From: Fistulifera solaris
Taxonomy: Eukaryota
DNA: 64,000 nucleotides
Direction: 5' to 3'
Assembly (NCBI GenBank): GCA_030295235.1
Contig: AP026131.1
Coordinates: forward strand, 682,001-746,000
Shown: positions 24,714 through 36,217 of the stretch, in pieces
How the letters are laid out: each line of letters begins with the position of its first letter
How positions within the stretch are numbered: position 1 is the stretch's first letter
Notes under the pieces: generated by a model
Told to the model about the DNA's origin: nothing
Database searches by the model: none
The model's input: the letters and a program-made list of their open reading frames with translations, nothing else
Position numbers and translations under genes: made by a program

Positions 24714-26070
24714 TTATATGGAATATAAGTCGTTGTTGCGCTCGGCAATAGCATCTTTCAAGTCACTGGGCTCAAAGTACAACCATGCCAAATTGAACCC
24801 AGGTGCCGTAACGTTAATGGAGTAGAGATGCTCGCCTTGTTCCAGATACACTTCTTGCGTGATTCGAGTGTACTGATCCCAAGAACCGGATGCAGGAAAG
24901 TCTTCAAAAGATGCAATATATGTCAAGGACTGTTTCACGGAGGAAGTAACATTAGACAGCCCTACTGTATTTGTCGCCGTCAATGTTGATACAGGCGTTG
25001 TCGTGTTTGCCCTCGTTGGTCCTACGCCAGGCCCATTTAACGTGACCGGCGTTGCTGGTGCAGCCGTCGCTGTCATATTTGTAGGTGTCTCTTCAACAAG
25101 CATCAAATCAAAGGATCCGTCTCCATTGATACTAGCCAGACGCACGTGAACATTGTAGATTCCTGTGATGGGTACGGACAATCGAAATTGCATCCAACTC
25201 GTCCGATTCAATTGTCCGAAATTGCTGCGTCCCTCTTCGATAGACTGTTCGACTATCACGTCATCGCTGCCTGCAATGAAGTCGTCCACAGTAATGAATC
25301 TATCGAAAAGGGCAATCTGCCCGGTGCGGGAGGAGAGGGTTCAGGACGTCTGGGGTTCAAACTTGTCATCCCAGGTGCATCTCGTATGTTTCCTGCGATG
25401 AAGTAGAAAAACATCCAGTTGAAACCGCCTTCACGCACGACAGCACGCAGCTTGGCCGTATCCTGATTCAGAAAAAGTGACGGCAGAGTCATATTCGATG
25501 TGACAAGCATTGTTGCGTAGCGTTGCCACGATCCTGTTGCATTCAAATCAGTTACGTTGGCCAACAAGACGAGTTCTTCCGCTCCGGTCTCGTTTTGTGT
25601 CACATGATACAGCAAAAAAGCGCCATCACCGGAAGGACTGGAATACCGCATTTGCAATTCGTAAAAGGATCTCGTGCCTTACTGGTAGACGAGAAACCTT
25701 CTAGGTCAAATTCGAAAAAATGCGACAGTTGTAGTTCACTCAAACTTGATTGCAATTCTTTGGACTGTTCCACAGCAATCCCTGGACTTCTGTTGGTCAG
25801 CTGTTCCGTCGTAATGAAGTAAAAAGGATAATCGTGATTCTTGGGGGCCTCATTTGCTCCTGATGATGTCGTTATAGGTATTCTTGCTGTGTTTGTTGAG
25901 TTGGGAAGCAATTGGTTCGTCAAAGAAAAATTAGGACTATTTGGAGGCTTTGGAACGGAGCTGTTGGTAAAACCGGAAGAATTGCTCATCCTGAGACTCG
26001 TCGTGATCGCTGGTCTCAACGATTGAGCCAGGGTGCACCCCAGAACCATGAAGAAGTGCAATTGTTTCAT
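24714..26070 (-). CDS. Secreted CBM6-like protein B (2 CBMs); frameshifts ~25665 and ~25305
   Basis: MKQLHFFMVLGCTLAQS signal; QMRYSSPSGDGAF...ATGSWQRY...GGFNWMF; second module WMQFRLSVPITGIYNVHVRLASINGDGSF...ASGSWDQY...GFNLAWL. Confidence 0.8.
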
Positions 26071-27141
26071 GTTGCTGTGCATCTCAGGAACAAGGCGGCC
26101 CGTGACTCAGTTTCTTAGAGTTGCAGTCAGCTATGCGAAGCAACAACCACAAATTGATAAATAAGAGACCTCCTGGCTTGCTGTTGGCTTTGTGAATCGT
26201 TTATCGAATGAATGATAGCGTCCTCGGTCCTCGGTCCTCGCTCCTCGCTCTCATCTGACCGTGAAAAATCAAGGTGGGCTTAAATCGTATTTGAAATTTT
26301 GAAAAACGAATGGTACAGTACATGCTATATTCACTATTTTGCTATCTGTTGTCCTGTACCGTAGGAGAGAGGAGAGTTCAACAAAAAAGACAAAAGACAA
26401 GGCCGAGACTTTTTCTCACCTTCTAACCTTAAACCTTACTGGTATCTCCAACAACAACAAGCATTAGCTTTATACGGTACATAGAATCGCTTATCGCAAA
26501 TTAATAAATTAGCTGGCAAGTGTCAGAGATAGTCAAGAGTCGAAAATTTGGGATTTTAACACACAGCTCTCTACGGGACTAGCCTAGACGAGAGGACATA
26601 AAAGTAATCATTTCCGTTTTTGGTCATGACTGAAATCCAGTCGTGGAGAAAAGTCATATACAATTTAGGTCTATAGTCGAAGTAGGTTGAGCCTATGATT
26701 CCATGTTTGCGAGGCTTTTCGGCAATAACAAGAGGAACTTCAATCAAAAATAAATTAATCATCGTTTCTGGGTCTGAATAAGTTACAAAGCTCTTTAATG
26801 GTGGCGAATATTGAAATCGTAGGTGGGTTTATTACGCGAGAGTAACCAATCCGGGACTCATTAGCGATGCCAATGACGCGAGTCGCGAATACGTCAGTCC
26901 AGTGACGCTCCTACATACTGACAGACGATCAAGTACAGAAACCACCATACTCGACCTTCCACGTGTGGTCGAGTTGTTGACAAAGAGATGGTTGAAAGGA
27001 AAAGGATCGATCAAGGGCAAAAGAAGTTGTCATGGAATCATAGTATTTGCACACTTCCCTTGTTGATCACGACGACTTTACTTCTATCTCAATTTACCGT
27101 ATTGTTTAGGCTGATTAAGAAGCTTCCGATAGATTGTGGCA

Positions 27142-27982
27142 ATGCAGCGAAGAAGGTCTATATTTGTTTCATTTTTGCTCGTCATACTTTCGACGACGTT
27201 GGCTTTTGTTATTTCCCCTCATGCCTCTCGAAGTAACACATGCCGTCTGTATGCGACTGATCCACAAAACTTTCGAGAGGCTGAAGTATTGGGGTTGAAA
27301 TATATGCAAGACGGAGAATATGAGAAGGCACTGAACGGTGAGTGAAACGATCGTGCGTCGGATTCGTCAGAATCAAAAGAAAGGTAATTGAGACTTACAG
27401 AACCCTCCTTGAATACATCCTGACGTCTTTCGAATTCCATTTTTTAATCATTGTATTTGCATACAACCGGGCTTTCTCGTGACATTTAATCGGATTCACA
27501 AATCACCATACACGGTGAATTTTTCACCATTTTGCAGCATTTCAAAAGGATTGAAATTACCGGGAAGCCGTGTCGATGTAGTGAGAACACAGCGCGTGTC
27601 GGGTCCGTCGCCAGTCGGTGGTGCAAAGGGAGGTACCAACTCGGAAACGGTGCAATCGTTGGATGAATTTGAAATTCAAGCGGCGTATTACAATATGGCT
27701 TGTGCACAGGCTCAACTGGAACGATACGACGACGCGTTAGCGTCTCTACGGGTCGCACTGGAAAATGGTTTTGATAATTTGGCCACAGTGCGATCCGACC
27801 CAGACCTGGCGATATTACCACAAACAGATGCAGCAGCTAAATTTGACGCTTTATTGGAAGAGTTTGAATCTAAAAGCAAAAACAACGGAGAAGGCGGCGG
27901 TTTCTTTGGCCTATTTCAATCAAAAAGAAGTAAGACTCTCGCAATCTCGCAATCTCGCACCACTTCTTTTGAAATCGTATGA
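27142..27982 (+). CDS. Plastid-targeted TPR protein resembling the TPR half of plant MET1/ZKT; intron 27338-27537
   Basis: Signal ending TTLA-FV; AAYYNMACAQAQL...ALENGFDNLATVRSDPDL...FDALL. Confidence 0.75.
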
Positions 27983-28775
27983 GCGATTTCAAGATCTGTT
28001 GGCGCCATTTGATCGCTCGCGCAGAAAGTTTAGAAGCAAAATGCACGCGTGAGTGTTCTAATCTACTTGTCAGTCTTACCACAGACTATGTCTTTATAGG
28101 ACCAACTTTAGGCTTTGCCATTGTTGAATTGTGTTTGTCGTGTAAACCCTTTTTATGATGCGTTAGTACATGTTGGTTGCCCGCCTTACTGGTGGAAGAA
28201 AACAAGTAAGCCTTTATTCTCTAGAGTCAAAGTCATCTTAATAAGTTAGGAAACCGAATCAAATTCGCAGAAAATCTGGGGTGGCATTACTTCGAAATGG
28301 ACAGACACTCAATGTTCATGTTCAAGTTCAATGATTTCTTCACGTTGACAAAAAATCAGGAGATGTAGTGTTTTCAAGTATCCAGAAAATAGGGGTGTGG
28401 TGTCCTCACGCACGTGTCTAGGAATGTGGGCGCGTGATATTTACACGTTTCCAGCAAAATATGGGTATTTTGTTTTCACGTTCCCAGAAAATGTGGGCGT
28501 GACCGAGAGAACAGGAGGAGACGCCACAAACGCAACAAAAAAAAACATAAAAAGATGACTCAAGTCATTGACTTTTGCAATAACAGTAGCCTTCACAAAG
28601 TTATGAGGCCTACAAGTATAGAAATGGAAAGCCTACAGCCCCCTGTGGTCTTCTTGCACCGAATCAATTAGAAGTGATGTTCATCGCTCATCACAAACAA
28701 AAAAAAATTCGTTGACTTTACCTTTTAATGCTTTCTTAAAAACGTGCTCTTCTGAGTAAAGTAAGAGGAACCAAT

Positions 28776-30487
28776 ATGTGGGTAAAAGAAGCAATGGTTT
28801 GGACTGTTGCGTCTTTGTTAGTCGTCCAAGGTACAACGACGAACGACGAAACAACGAGGAATTTACAATGGGGACAAGGTGTAAATGGTATCTTTTACTC
28901 GACCATTGCAGCTGTCGACTATACTGCCATAAGTGGCGCTATCGCACAGTCGTCGTCTGAAGGAATTGAAAGCATCGGATTTTTGAACGTCGGCGACTCT
29001 CTCACTTACCAAGCAACATTGCCCGTCGCGGGCACGTATCAATTTCTGGCGCGCGTGTCCACGCCCGACGGCACCGGATCGTTTGCTGTGTTCAATCAGG
29101 ATACTTCTGAAAGACTTGTCAAAGTTACAGAGCTTCCTGTCACTGATAGTTGGGAAGAGTGGGCGACAAAGAGTGCCATTCTTTCATTGCCCACAGGTAC
29201 CGTCAACCTAAAGATTGAAATCATCGAGCCAAGTTTCACATTATTGTGGCTGTCTTTGCAACTAATGGAAGCAGGGTCGCCAACTCTGGCACCCACCACT
29301 CGAGCAGTGACCCCAACTCCTACATCGCTATCGCTGACCCGAGCACCAAGTCTAGCCGTCGCCGAGACTCCATCCGCACTCCCAACTACAGTCGCACCCT
29401 CGGCTCTCGTTCCCGATCAACGTCCTACCATGCTTCCTCCACCTCCAACATTACAGACTGAATTGTGTTTAACATCTACGCTGGCTATGGAATACCTTCT
29501 GATGAAGGATGTTGACAGCAATGCAGTCGATGGAACTATGACGTTGCGCGCAAACAGTTCGGTTTTGTTTTCCATGACTGTGCCCACCAGCGGCACGTAC
29601 CGTACTTGTTGCAAATGACCGTCGTACCTCCACTCACAGGGACTTTAAAACTAGTAGAGTTACAAACAGAAGAACAATATGCGATTGTTGAGCGCACGGA
29701 AGCGACTGCTAAGGACGAGCTCAAATGGGGCTTCGTCAATAGCGTCGTAGCACTGTCCAGCGGGACGCATTTGATCCACATGCGTAGTATCTTGGGCAAC
29801 TGGACTTTATCAGCATTGTGTCTACAAAACATTGATTCGAGTAACACGTGTGCGAGTGAAAATATCATCATGTCGTCAGAACCCTTTGTTCAGGAAGAAG
29901 CAGAGAGTATTTTTGGTGCACAACAAGAACCTGTGGTTGTCGAGCAGCAACCAGAAGAGGCTGCCGTTGAAGAGCAACCAGTAGGTATGGGAGAACAGCC
30001 GGGCGATGTCACGCTCGAGCCATCTGACTTTTTAAGTGCACCGAGCGAAGATGACATTCTCGGCGAACTGTCATTCGTTACCGAGGAAACAAACGAAGGA
30101 ACATCCGAGTGCACCGTCTTCATTAGTGCGAATAACTATACTGCAATGGATGGCATTTCAATGCTCGACTCTCTCACAAACACTGGTGCGATCGGTTTCC
30201 TTGACCCTGGGGACTGGTTCTCATACACTCTAAATGTCCCTCAAGCTGACACTTACGAACTGGATATGCGAGTAGCCAGCCCCTTTGGTGAAGGCGCCTT
30301 TGAAGTTATCGACATGGTGACCCAAGATGTGTACGCAACGGTGGACCGTTTGCCTATCACACAAAGTTGGGAGGCATGGGAAATTGCCTTTACGTTAGTG
30401 ACTTTGCGAAGCGGTCCCATTTCCTTGATGATTCGTGTATTGAAAGAAGGCTGGAATATGGAGTCCTTGTGCTTGAAGGCTATTTAA
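28776..30487 (+). CDS. Secreted CBM6-like protein C (3 CBMs); frameshift ~29600
   Basis: Signal, TTRNLQWG, IGFLNVGDSLTYQATLPVAGTY..RVSTPDG..VTDSWEEW; last module IGFLDPGDWFSYTLNVPQADTY..RVASPFGEG..GWNMESLCL. Confidence 0.85.
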
Positions 30488-30632
30488 TTACAATCAAGGG
30501 CTACATGCTATTGCTAACAATAAAAAAATAACGATTATTTTCGTATAAATTCACTATGTTTTAGTTCTTTTTCTTTATAAACTGCGACACGGGTTTGAAA
30601 AAAAGCCTGGAATTCTTTCATCGGCCGCTTCC

Positions 30633-31433
30633 TTATTTGCGCAAACGCAACAGCAATCCCTTGTTCGATTTGATCTTCTTTTGTAACTGGATCAATCCGT
30701 ACAAAAGAGCTTCCGCGGTCGGAGGACATCCGGGCACATAAATGTCCACAGGGACAATCCTATCACAGCCACGCACAATGGCGTAACTGTAATGATAATA
30801 GCCACCTCCATTTGCACAAGAACCCATCGAAACGACCCAACGCGGTTCCGGCATCTGATCGTACACTTTCCTGAGCGCTGGGGCCATTTTATTAGTTAAC
30901 GTGCCTTTAGAAAGAAACGTACAATGAGTGCCGAAGGAAACGATGTCTCAAAATCATCAAAACCTACCAGCGACAATCATTACATCGGATTGACGGGGAC
31001 TAGCGCGAAACACCATACCAAATCGTTCCATATCGTATCGCGATGCGGCAGCGTGCATCATTTCGACGGCACAGCAAGCCAAACCGAACGTCATGGGCCA
31101 CAAACTGCCCTTGCGGGCCCAGTTGACTAGATCATCGACTCGAGAAATAGCGTATTCGACGTTGTCTGCGACAGGAACATTGCCACCGCCCGTAAGCATT
31201 TCTTCAACATTGTCAAGTTTTCCCAGCTATTAATCAAACGTTAGAACGAACAATTTAATGAGTAAGCAGTTGGAACGAATAAAGAAAATCAGGTAGAAAC
31301 AGGCAAGAAAATCGCCGACACGTACCGCGGAAGTTTGACTTTGTGCCGTTCCCGCCATGGCACGCGACGCCAAGTAGCACGATCCTTTGCATCGCAAAGA
31401 TGAGTTTAACATTAATTTGTGTGCAGCCAACAT
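30633..31433 (-). CDS. NDUFS7: Mitochondrial complex I PSST subunit (NuoB homologue), 3 exons
   Basis: [69 protein letters not shown]-terminal transit-peptide-like exon. Confidence 0.97.
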
Positions 31434-31824
31434 GATTGATATTACAAACAATAAATATACGATTGTTATTTTTGTTATTTTGTTGCTGCATCGTTGTTGT
31501 TGTCGTGTTGTGTGTTGTTGACGCGGCTGCTTGAAGCGACGGACGAACGAATAACGTGACTCGTTGAATCACGATCTGACACGTCACACAGAAATGATGT
31601 CTTTCTTCCTCCGGTTACGAATCGGCACACTGCATTGAATAGTAGTATCCGTCGCCAATTTCGGCCAATGAACTATCATGACATTCTACTCTTTTGTATC
31701 GCAATTTTCTTATGGGTTTCTGAAGGAAGCCCAAGCCAAAAATGATAGGCTTCGGGCGACATGTGCCAATTTCTCGGTCACATTCATGTTATTTCAAACA
31801 CATCTTTTGTGAAAGAGAACCACC

Positions 31825-33156
31825 ATGGCCGGGCTACTCTCAGAAAACAAAAGACAAGCCATGCTTCAGATCCTTTCGATACTTGCTTTCTGGTGCGCGT
31901 CCTCTGCGACAGCGCACAGCGAACGCGACTTGAGTTGGGGCTCACACAATGGAATGTTTTACTCGCTCATTTCCGCCACCAATTACGTCGAGTCGACCGG
32001 AGCGGTCGAAACAATTACTACACCAGATGGTATTCGGGCGGTCGGCTTTTTGGATCCGGGTGATACAATGGGTTACGCGTTGGATGTTCCTATCGCTGGT
32101 ATGTATTCGTTACTGCTCCATGTTGCCAGTCCGGCTGGCGAAGGTTCTTTGAACGTAGAGAATGCCGAAACAACGGAAGTCTATGCTACCTTTGACGAAT
32201 TGCCATCTTCAAATGGAAACTGGTCGTATTATCAAACTACGGGCCAGAATATCACATTGCCGCAAGGTCAGCTTATCTTGCAAGTGAGTGTCCTCGAATC
32301 TGGATTCAATTTGATGTGGCTCAGCCTTGAACAGCTTGCGGAGGAACCTTTTGAGCCCTCCGAATCCGCCGCACCTGTAGCACCAGTAGCTCCGGTTCCC
32401 ACTGAACCGGTTGTCCCCGTTCCGACCGAGCCAGTTGCTCCAGTTCCGACGGAACCGGTTGTGCCAGTTCCGACGGAACCGGTTACATCTTCTCCCTCGC
32501 AAGTACAGACGACGGCTCCGACCATGGCACAAACACTAGCTCCGACTGTAAAACAAACACCAGCCGTGACCCCTGCACCTACCATGAAACAAACTCCAGC
32601 GGTAACCCCCGCCCCGACGACGAAACAGACTCAGGCGCCGACGACTGCTCCAACGATGAAGCAAACGCCAGCCTTAACGCCTGCTCCGACAGCATTGACG
32701 CTAACTGAAACAAACCCTCCCGTTGTAACGGAACTCTCCATGTACACTGAGCAATGCTTTTCGGCTGGAAACTTCTTGTCGTATCAAGGATGCGACGAAT
32801 TGCCGCGGGGTGTTGGTTTTGTGGGACCCGTTGTTACTTCAACAATGATTACCTATCCCTTTCAAGTGCCTGTCGCGGGAGTATATCTGCTGCAGATGAG
32901 TGTGCAGGGAATGGGAGGAGTGAATGTGACTTGCGAATCAACTGGAAAGCAATACGCGTACATCGAGTCTCTTCCAACGTATCGAACCACGAACACCACT
33001 GACGTCTGGTATACTGTGTCCAGCGTCATGTCATTAGACGTGGGAAGCCACAAGTTGCAAGTCGAAGCCGTAGTAGGAGGATGGAGTATCCAAACCTTGT
33101 GTTTGCTTCCCGTAGCATCGCATTTCGTGAGCTGCTCGGTCGATGCAGCACGCTAG
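31825..33156 (+). CDS. Secreted CBM6-like protein D (2 CBMs, PVVPVPTE and TPAPTMKQ repeats); intact single ORF
   Basis: Signal, SERDLSWGSHNG, VGFLDPGDTMGYALDVPIAGMY..VASPAGEG..GFNLMWL. Confidence 0.88.
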   Translation: MAGLLSENKRQAMLQILSILAFWCASSATAHSERDLSWGSHNGMFYSLISATNYVESTGAVETITTPDGIRAVGFLDPGDTMGYALDVPIAGMYSLLLHVASPAGEGSLNVENAETTEVYATFDELPSSNGNWSYYQTTGQNITLPQGQLILQVSVLESGFNLMWLSLEQLAEEPFEPSESAAPVAPVAPVPTEPVVPVPTEPVAPVPTEPVVPVPTEPVTSSPSQVQTTAPTMAQTLAPTVKQTPAVTPAPTMKQTPAVTPAPTTKQTQAPTTAPTMKQTPALTPAPTALTLTETNPPVVTELSMYTEQCFSAGNFLSYQGCDELPRGVGFVGPVVTSTMITYPFQVPVAGVYLLQMSVQGMGGVNVTCESTGKQYAYIESLPTYRTTNTTDVWYTVSSVMSLDVGSHKLQVEAVVGGWSIQTLCLLPVASHFVSCSVDAAR

Positions 33157-33516
33157 AGAGATACGTCACAAGTCACAAGGACGTCACAAGAATTTGACGC
33201 TCTCGATTCATTCTTTACTGTTTACAGTATCAAATCCTAAATACTAAATACGGAGTAACTTCTAACTTCTAACTTCTTCTCAAAAGTCATTTAGTCATTA
33301 TTTTCATAACAGTACTAAAGAGATCGAGAATGGACAAGTAAGTTGACGTAATTTTTCAGTCATCGAAGAATACGAGGTTTTATTGTTACCGCGAGTATTA
33401 TCTTCGACGATCGACAATCGGCATGCATTCGTTCAATCCACAATCCTCTTCCATTCAAGTAATTGACTGTTTTCCCACCCAATTCGAAAGCTCCACCTCC
33501 AAAATCGATCTTAACA

Positions 33517-35570
33517 ATGAGGCTTCTGGCAACGAGGATATTGTTATCGCTCTTTTGTTATTGGAAAGTGCGATGGCCGCCGAGTGGACTGCGCCTTTCA
33601 ACAAGGACGAGGACAATTGCGAGGCAGAGAAGAGCGTAAACTCAGGTGGGGACTCCATGATGGTCTCTTTTACAATGTCGTCTTAGCTGCGGATTACATT
33701 TCTGTGCAAGGAGATATCTCCATTCAAGAATCATCGTCTTTGGATGATGGACTTCCGTATGTGGCATACCTTGACGCTGGCGACATACTCACATACCAAG
33801 CTGTTTTGCAAACAACTGGAAAATATAGCCTTAAACTGAGAATCGCAAGTCCTTTTGGTGAGGGTGGCATTCAACTGCGAAATCCCCAAAACGATTCTCA
33901 AATATACGCTTCCATTGATACGTTGCCCGCCTCGGGCGATTGGAATTCGTGGCAAACAGTGGAAGCGACATTCGAATCTGCTAAGCCTCAAGTTCGATCT
34001 CAATTTGGTCGTTGTTGAGGCAGGTTACAATCTGCTTTGGTTATCCCTGGAACTGCTCGAAGAAACCGATAGTACCGCAAAGCTATCAGAGCCTCCTGTC
34101 ACTGCCCCTGATGTTGAGCCCCCTCCAACAACTTCTCACATCAATAGCACCTGCATGGTGTCTTTGGGCGCTGATGAATACACGACAGCCGATGAAGGAG
34201 CGCGACTGTCACCCGAAAACAATACGTTGGAGCTAAATACTAGCTCGTGGGCTGTTTATAGCATTCAAGTTCCAGCGGATGGAAAGTATATATGGCAAAT
34301 GAGAATGACTCTCACTACTCCCACGGGCACCTTGAATCTGACGAATGCCGAAACCGAAGACCTTTATGCATCAATCAAAGAATCAACCCTTGATTCTTGG
34401 CGCGATATCAATGTTGTCCTTCTTATGGCAGCAGGAATGCATAATGTGAAGATCCATATTGTGGAAGGAACGTGGACACTATCCTCTGTATGCCTTGACG
34501 AAATCGATTTCGAGAATGTGCACTATCTTGAGTCCATAAACATCAACACTAGAGCTCCCACTATTTTTATTGAAGCCACCCCGACAGTAGCACCGATGGT
34601 ATCACTAAACGATCCGTCGACAGCCACCATGACACCAACAAGTTCGGCGAAAGCTGCAGCGACAGCAGCACCAACGGTATTACTAAATGATCCGTCGACA
34701 GTCACCATGGCACCAACAAGTTCGGCGCAAGCTGCAGCGACATCAGCACCGACTGTAACATCTTCACAGTCAAACAATTCAAAAACCATGACACCAACAA
34801 CCCCGACAGAAGCTGCACCCACATCAACACCAGTTGTAACATATTCCGAGTCGAGTAATGCAGGTATCATGAGTTCAGCGAGCCCGACAAAAGGTGCACC
34901 AAAAGCAAATCCAACATCGACGGCGTCGAGCTATACAGGCACTATGCCCCCAACGAGCCCCATCGAAGACCTACCAACAATGGCACCGGTCGTGGTGACT
35001 ATGAAATCAAGCATTACCAGCACCATGGCCCCCACCAGTTCGTTACAACTTTTCACAACAGCGCCATCGGTCGAAGCGCCGACACAAGCCATGAACAGCT
35101 CCCAGCCAGAGGCGCCCGCCGCTTCGTCGAATGACACGACCTCCTTAGAATCCCAGGAAATCGCCTTCCAATTTTCAGCCGACGAAGCATCTTCCATGTA
35201 CGGAGCTGTTTTAGAAGAGGCCAGTAGCGAGAATGCAGCTTGCATAACACAACTCGATGCGTTTGATTGGGTCCGTTATCCCATGTCGACAATCGTCGGG
35301 GGCAACTATACTATGGAAATTCGCGTATCCAGCGCTTCGGGAAAAGGCGCCTTTGACTTAATCGACTATGGCACGGGAATTACTTACACTTCGATGGAAA
35401 CAATTCCAGCCACAGGTGAGGGCAATTGGGAAACCGTCAGTATCAATGTCACTTTGCCGGAAGGCGACGTCCATTTGATGATCCGTGTACGTGAGGGCGG
35501 TTGGATGTATACGTGGATTCGGTTTAGCGAAAATTTAGCGCCCAAATATAATATCATCATCACAGGCTAG
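33517..35570 (+). CDS. Secreted CBM6-like protein E (3 CBMs, T/A/P-rich linker); apparent frameshifts near the 5' end and ~33985
   Basis: ERKLRWGLHDG, VAYLDAGDILTY..RIASPFGEG..ASGDWNSWQTV; last module DAFDWVRY..RVSSASGKG..GGWMYTWIRF. Confidence 0.82.
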
Positions 35571-36217
35571 CCTTTGTAATCTGTAAAGAGGCGCACATGA
35601 TTCGACACTCCATTGCAGTTACTGCCTGGTTTGAATCCGTATGCCGGAATGTTCGATAAAATAAGAAGTTTATTACAGCACCTGTGTTTTTCCACATTCT
35701 TTATGAAAGTGTGTCTGCCTCAGTTCATTCTTCATTTGTTGCTATTACCATGTATGAATTATGACACAAGAGAGAAAAGCTTTCGAGTTGCGATGAAACG
35801 CGAAACGCGGTGCTAAAAATAATTCGTCGTGATTGAAAGTCAGTCGGATCTGGACGACTCTACTGGACTCGCCTTCCGCCTACACTTGGGACTATAGTAG
35901 ACGGCATGACCCGCGACAAAAAAGGCCTAAATAGCTAAATAGTACGTAGAGGTCTAATAATGACAAATCGGAGCACAGAACTACTGTATACTTAATAATG
36001 TATGTAAGGTTGATACTTGTAGGTCCTGTCTTTGGCGTAAATAAGATAAACGGTACTGCGATGATTGAGTGGACTTCTCTATTTACCATGATCTTTGGGC
36101 CTAATCTACGATTATGCGTATGCGAAACGCGAAACGCTTCCGTCCTCCATCGAGACTCGAGACAACTCGACATTTTTCTCTTCATTTTTCACCGCACGCC
36201 ACAAAGAGACAATAATC

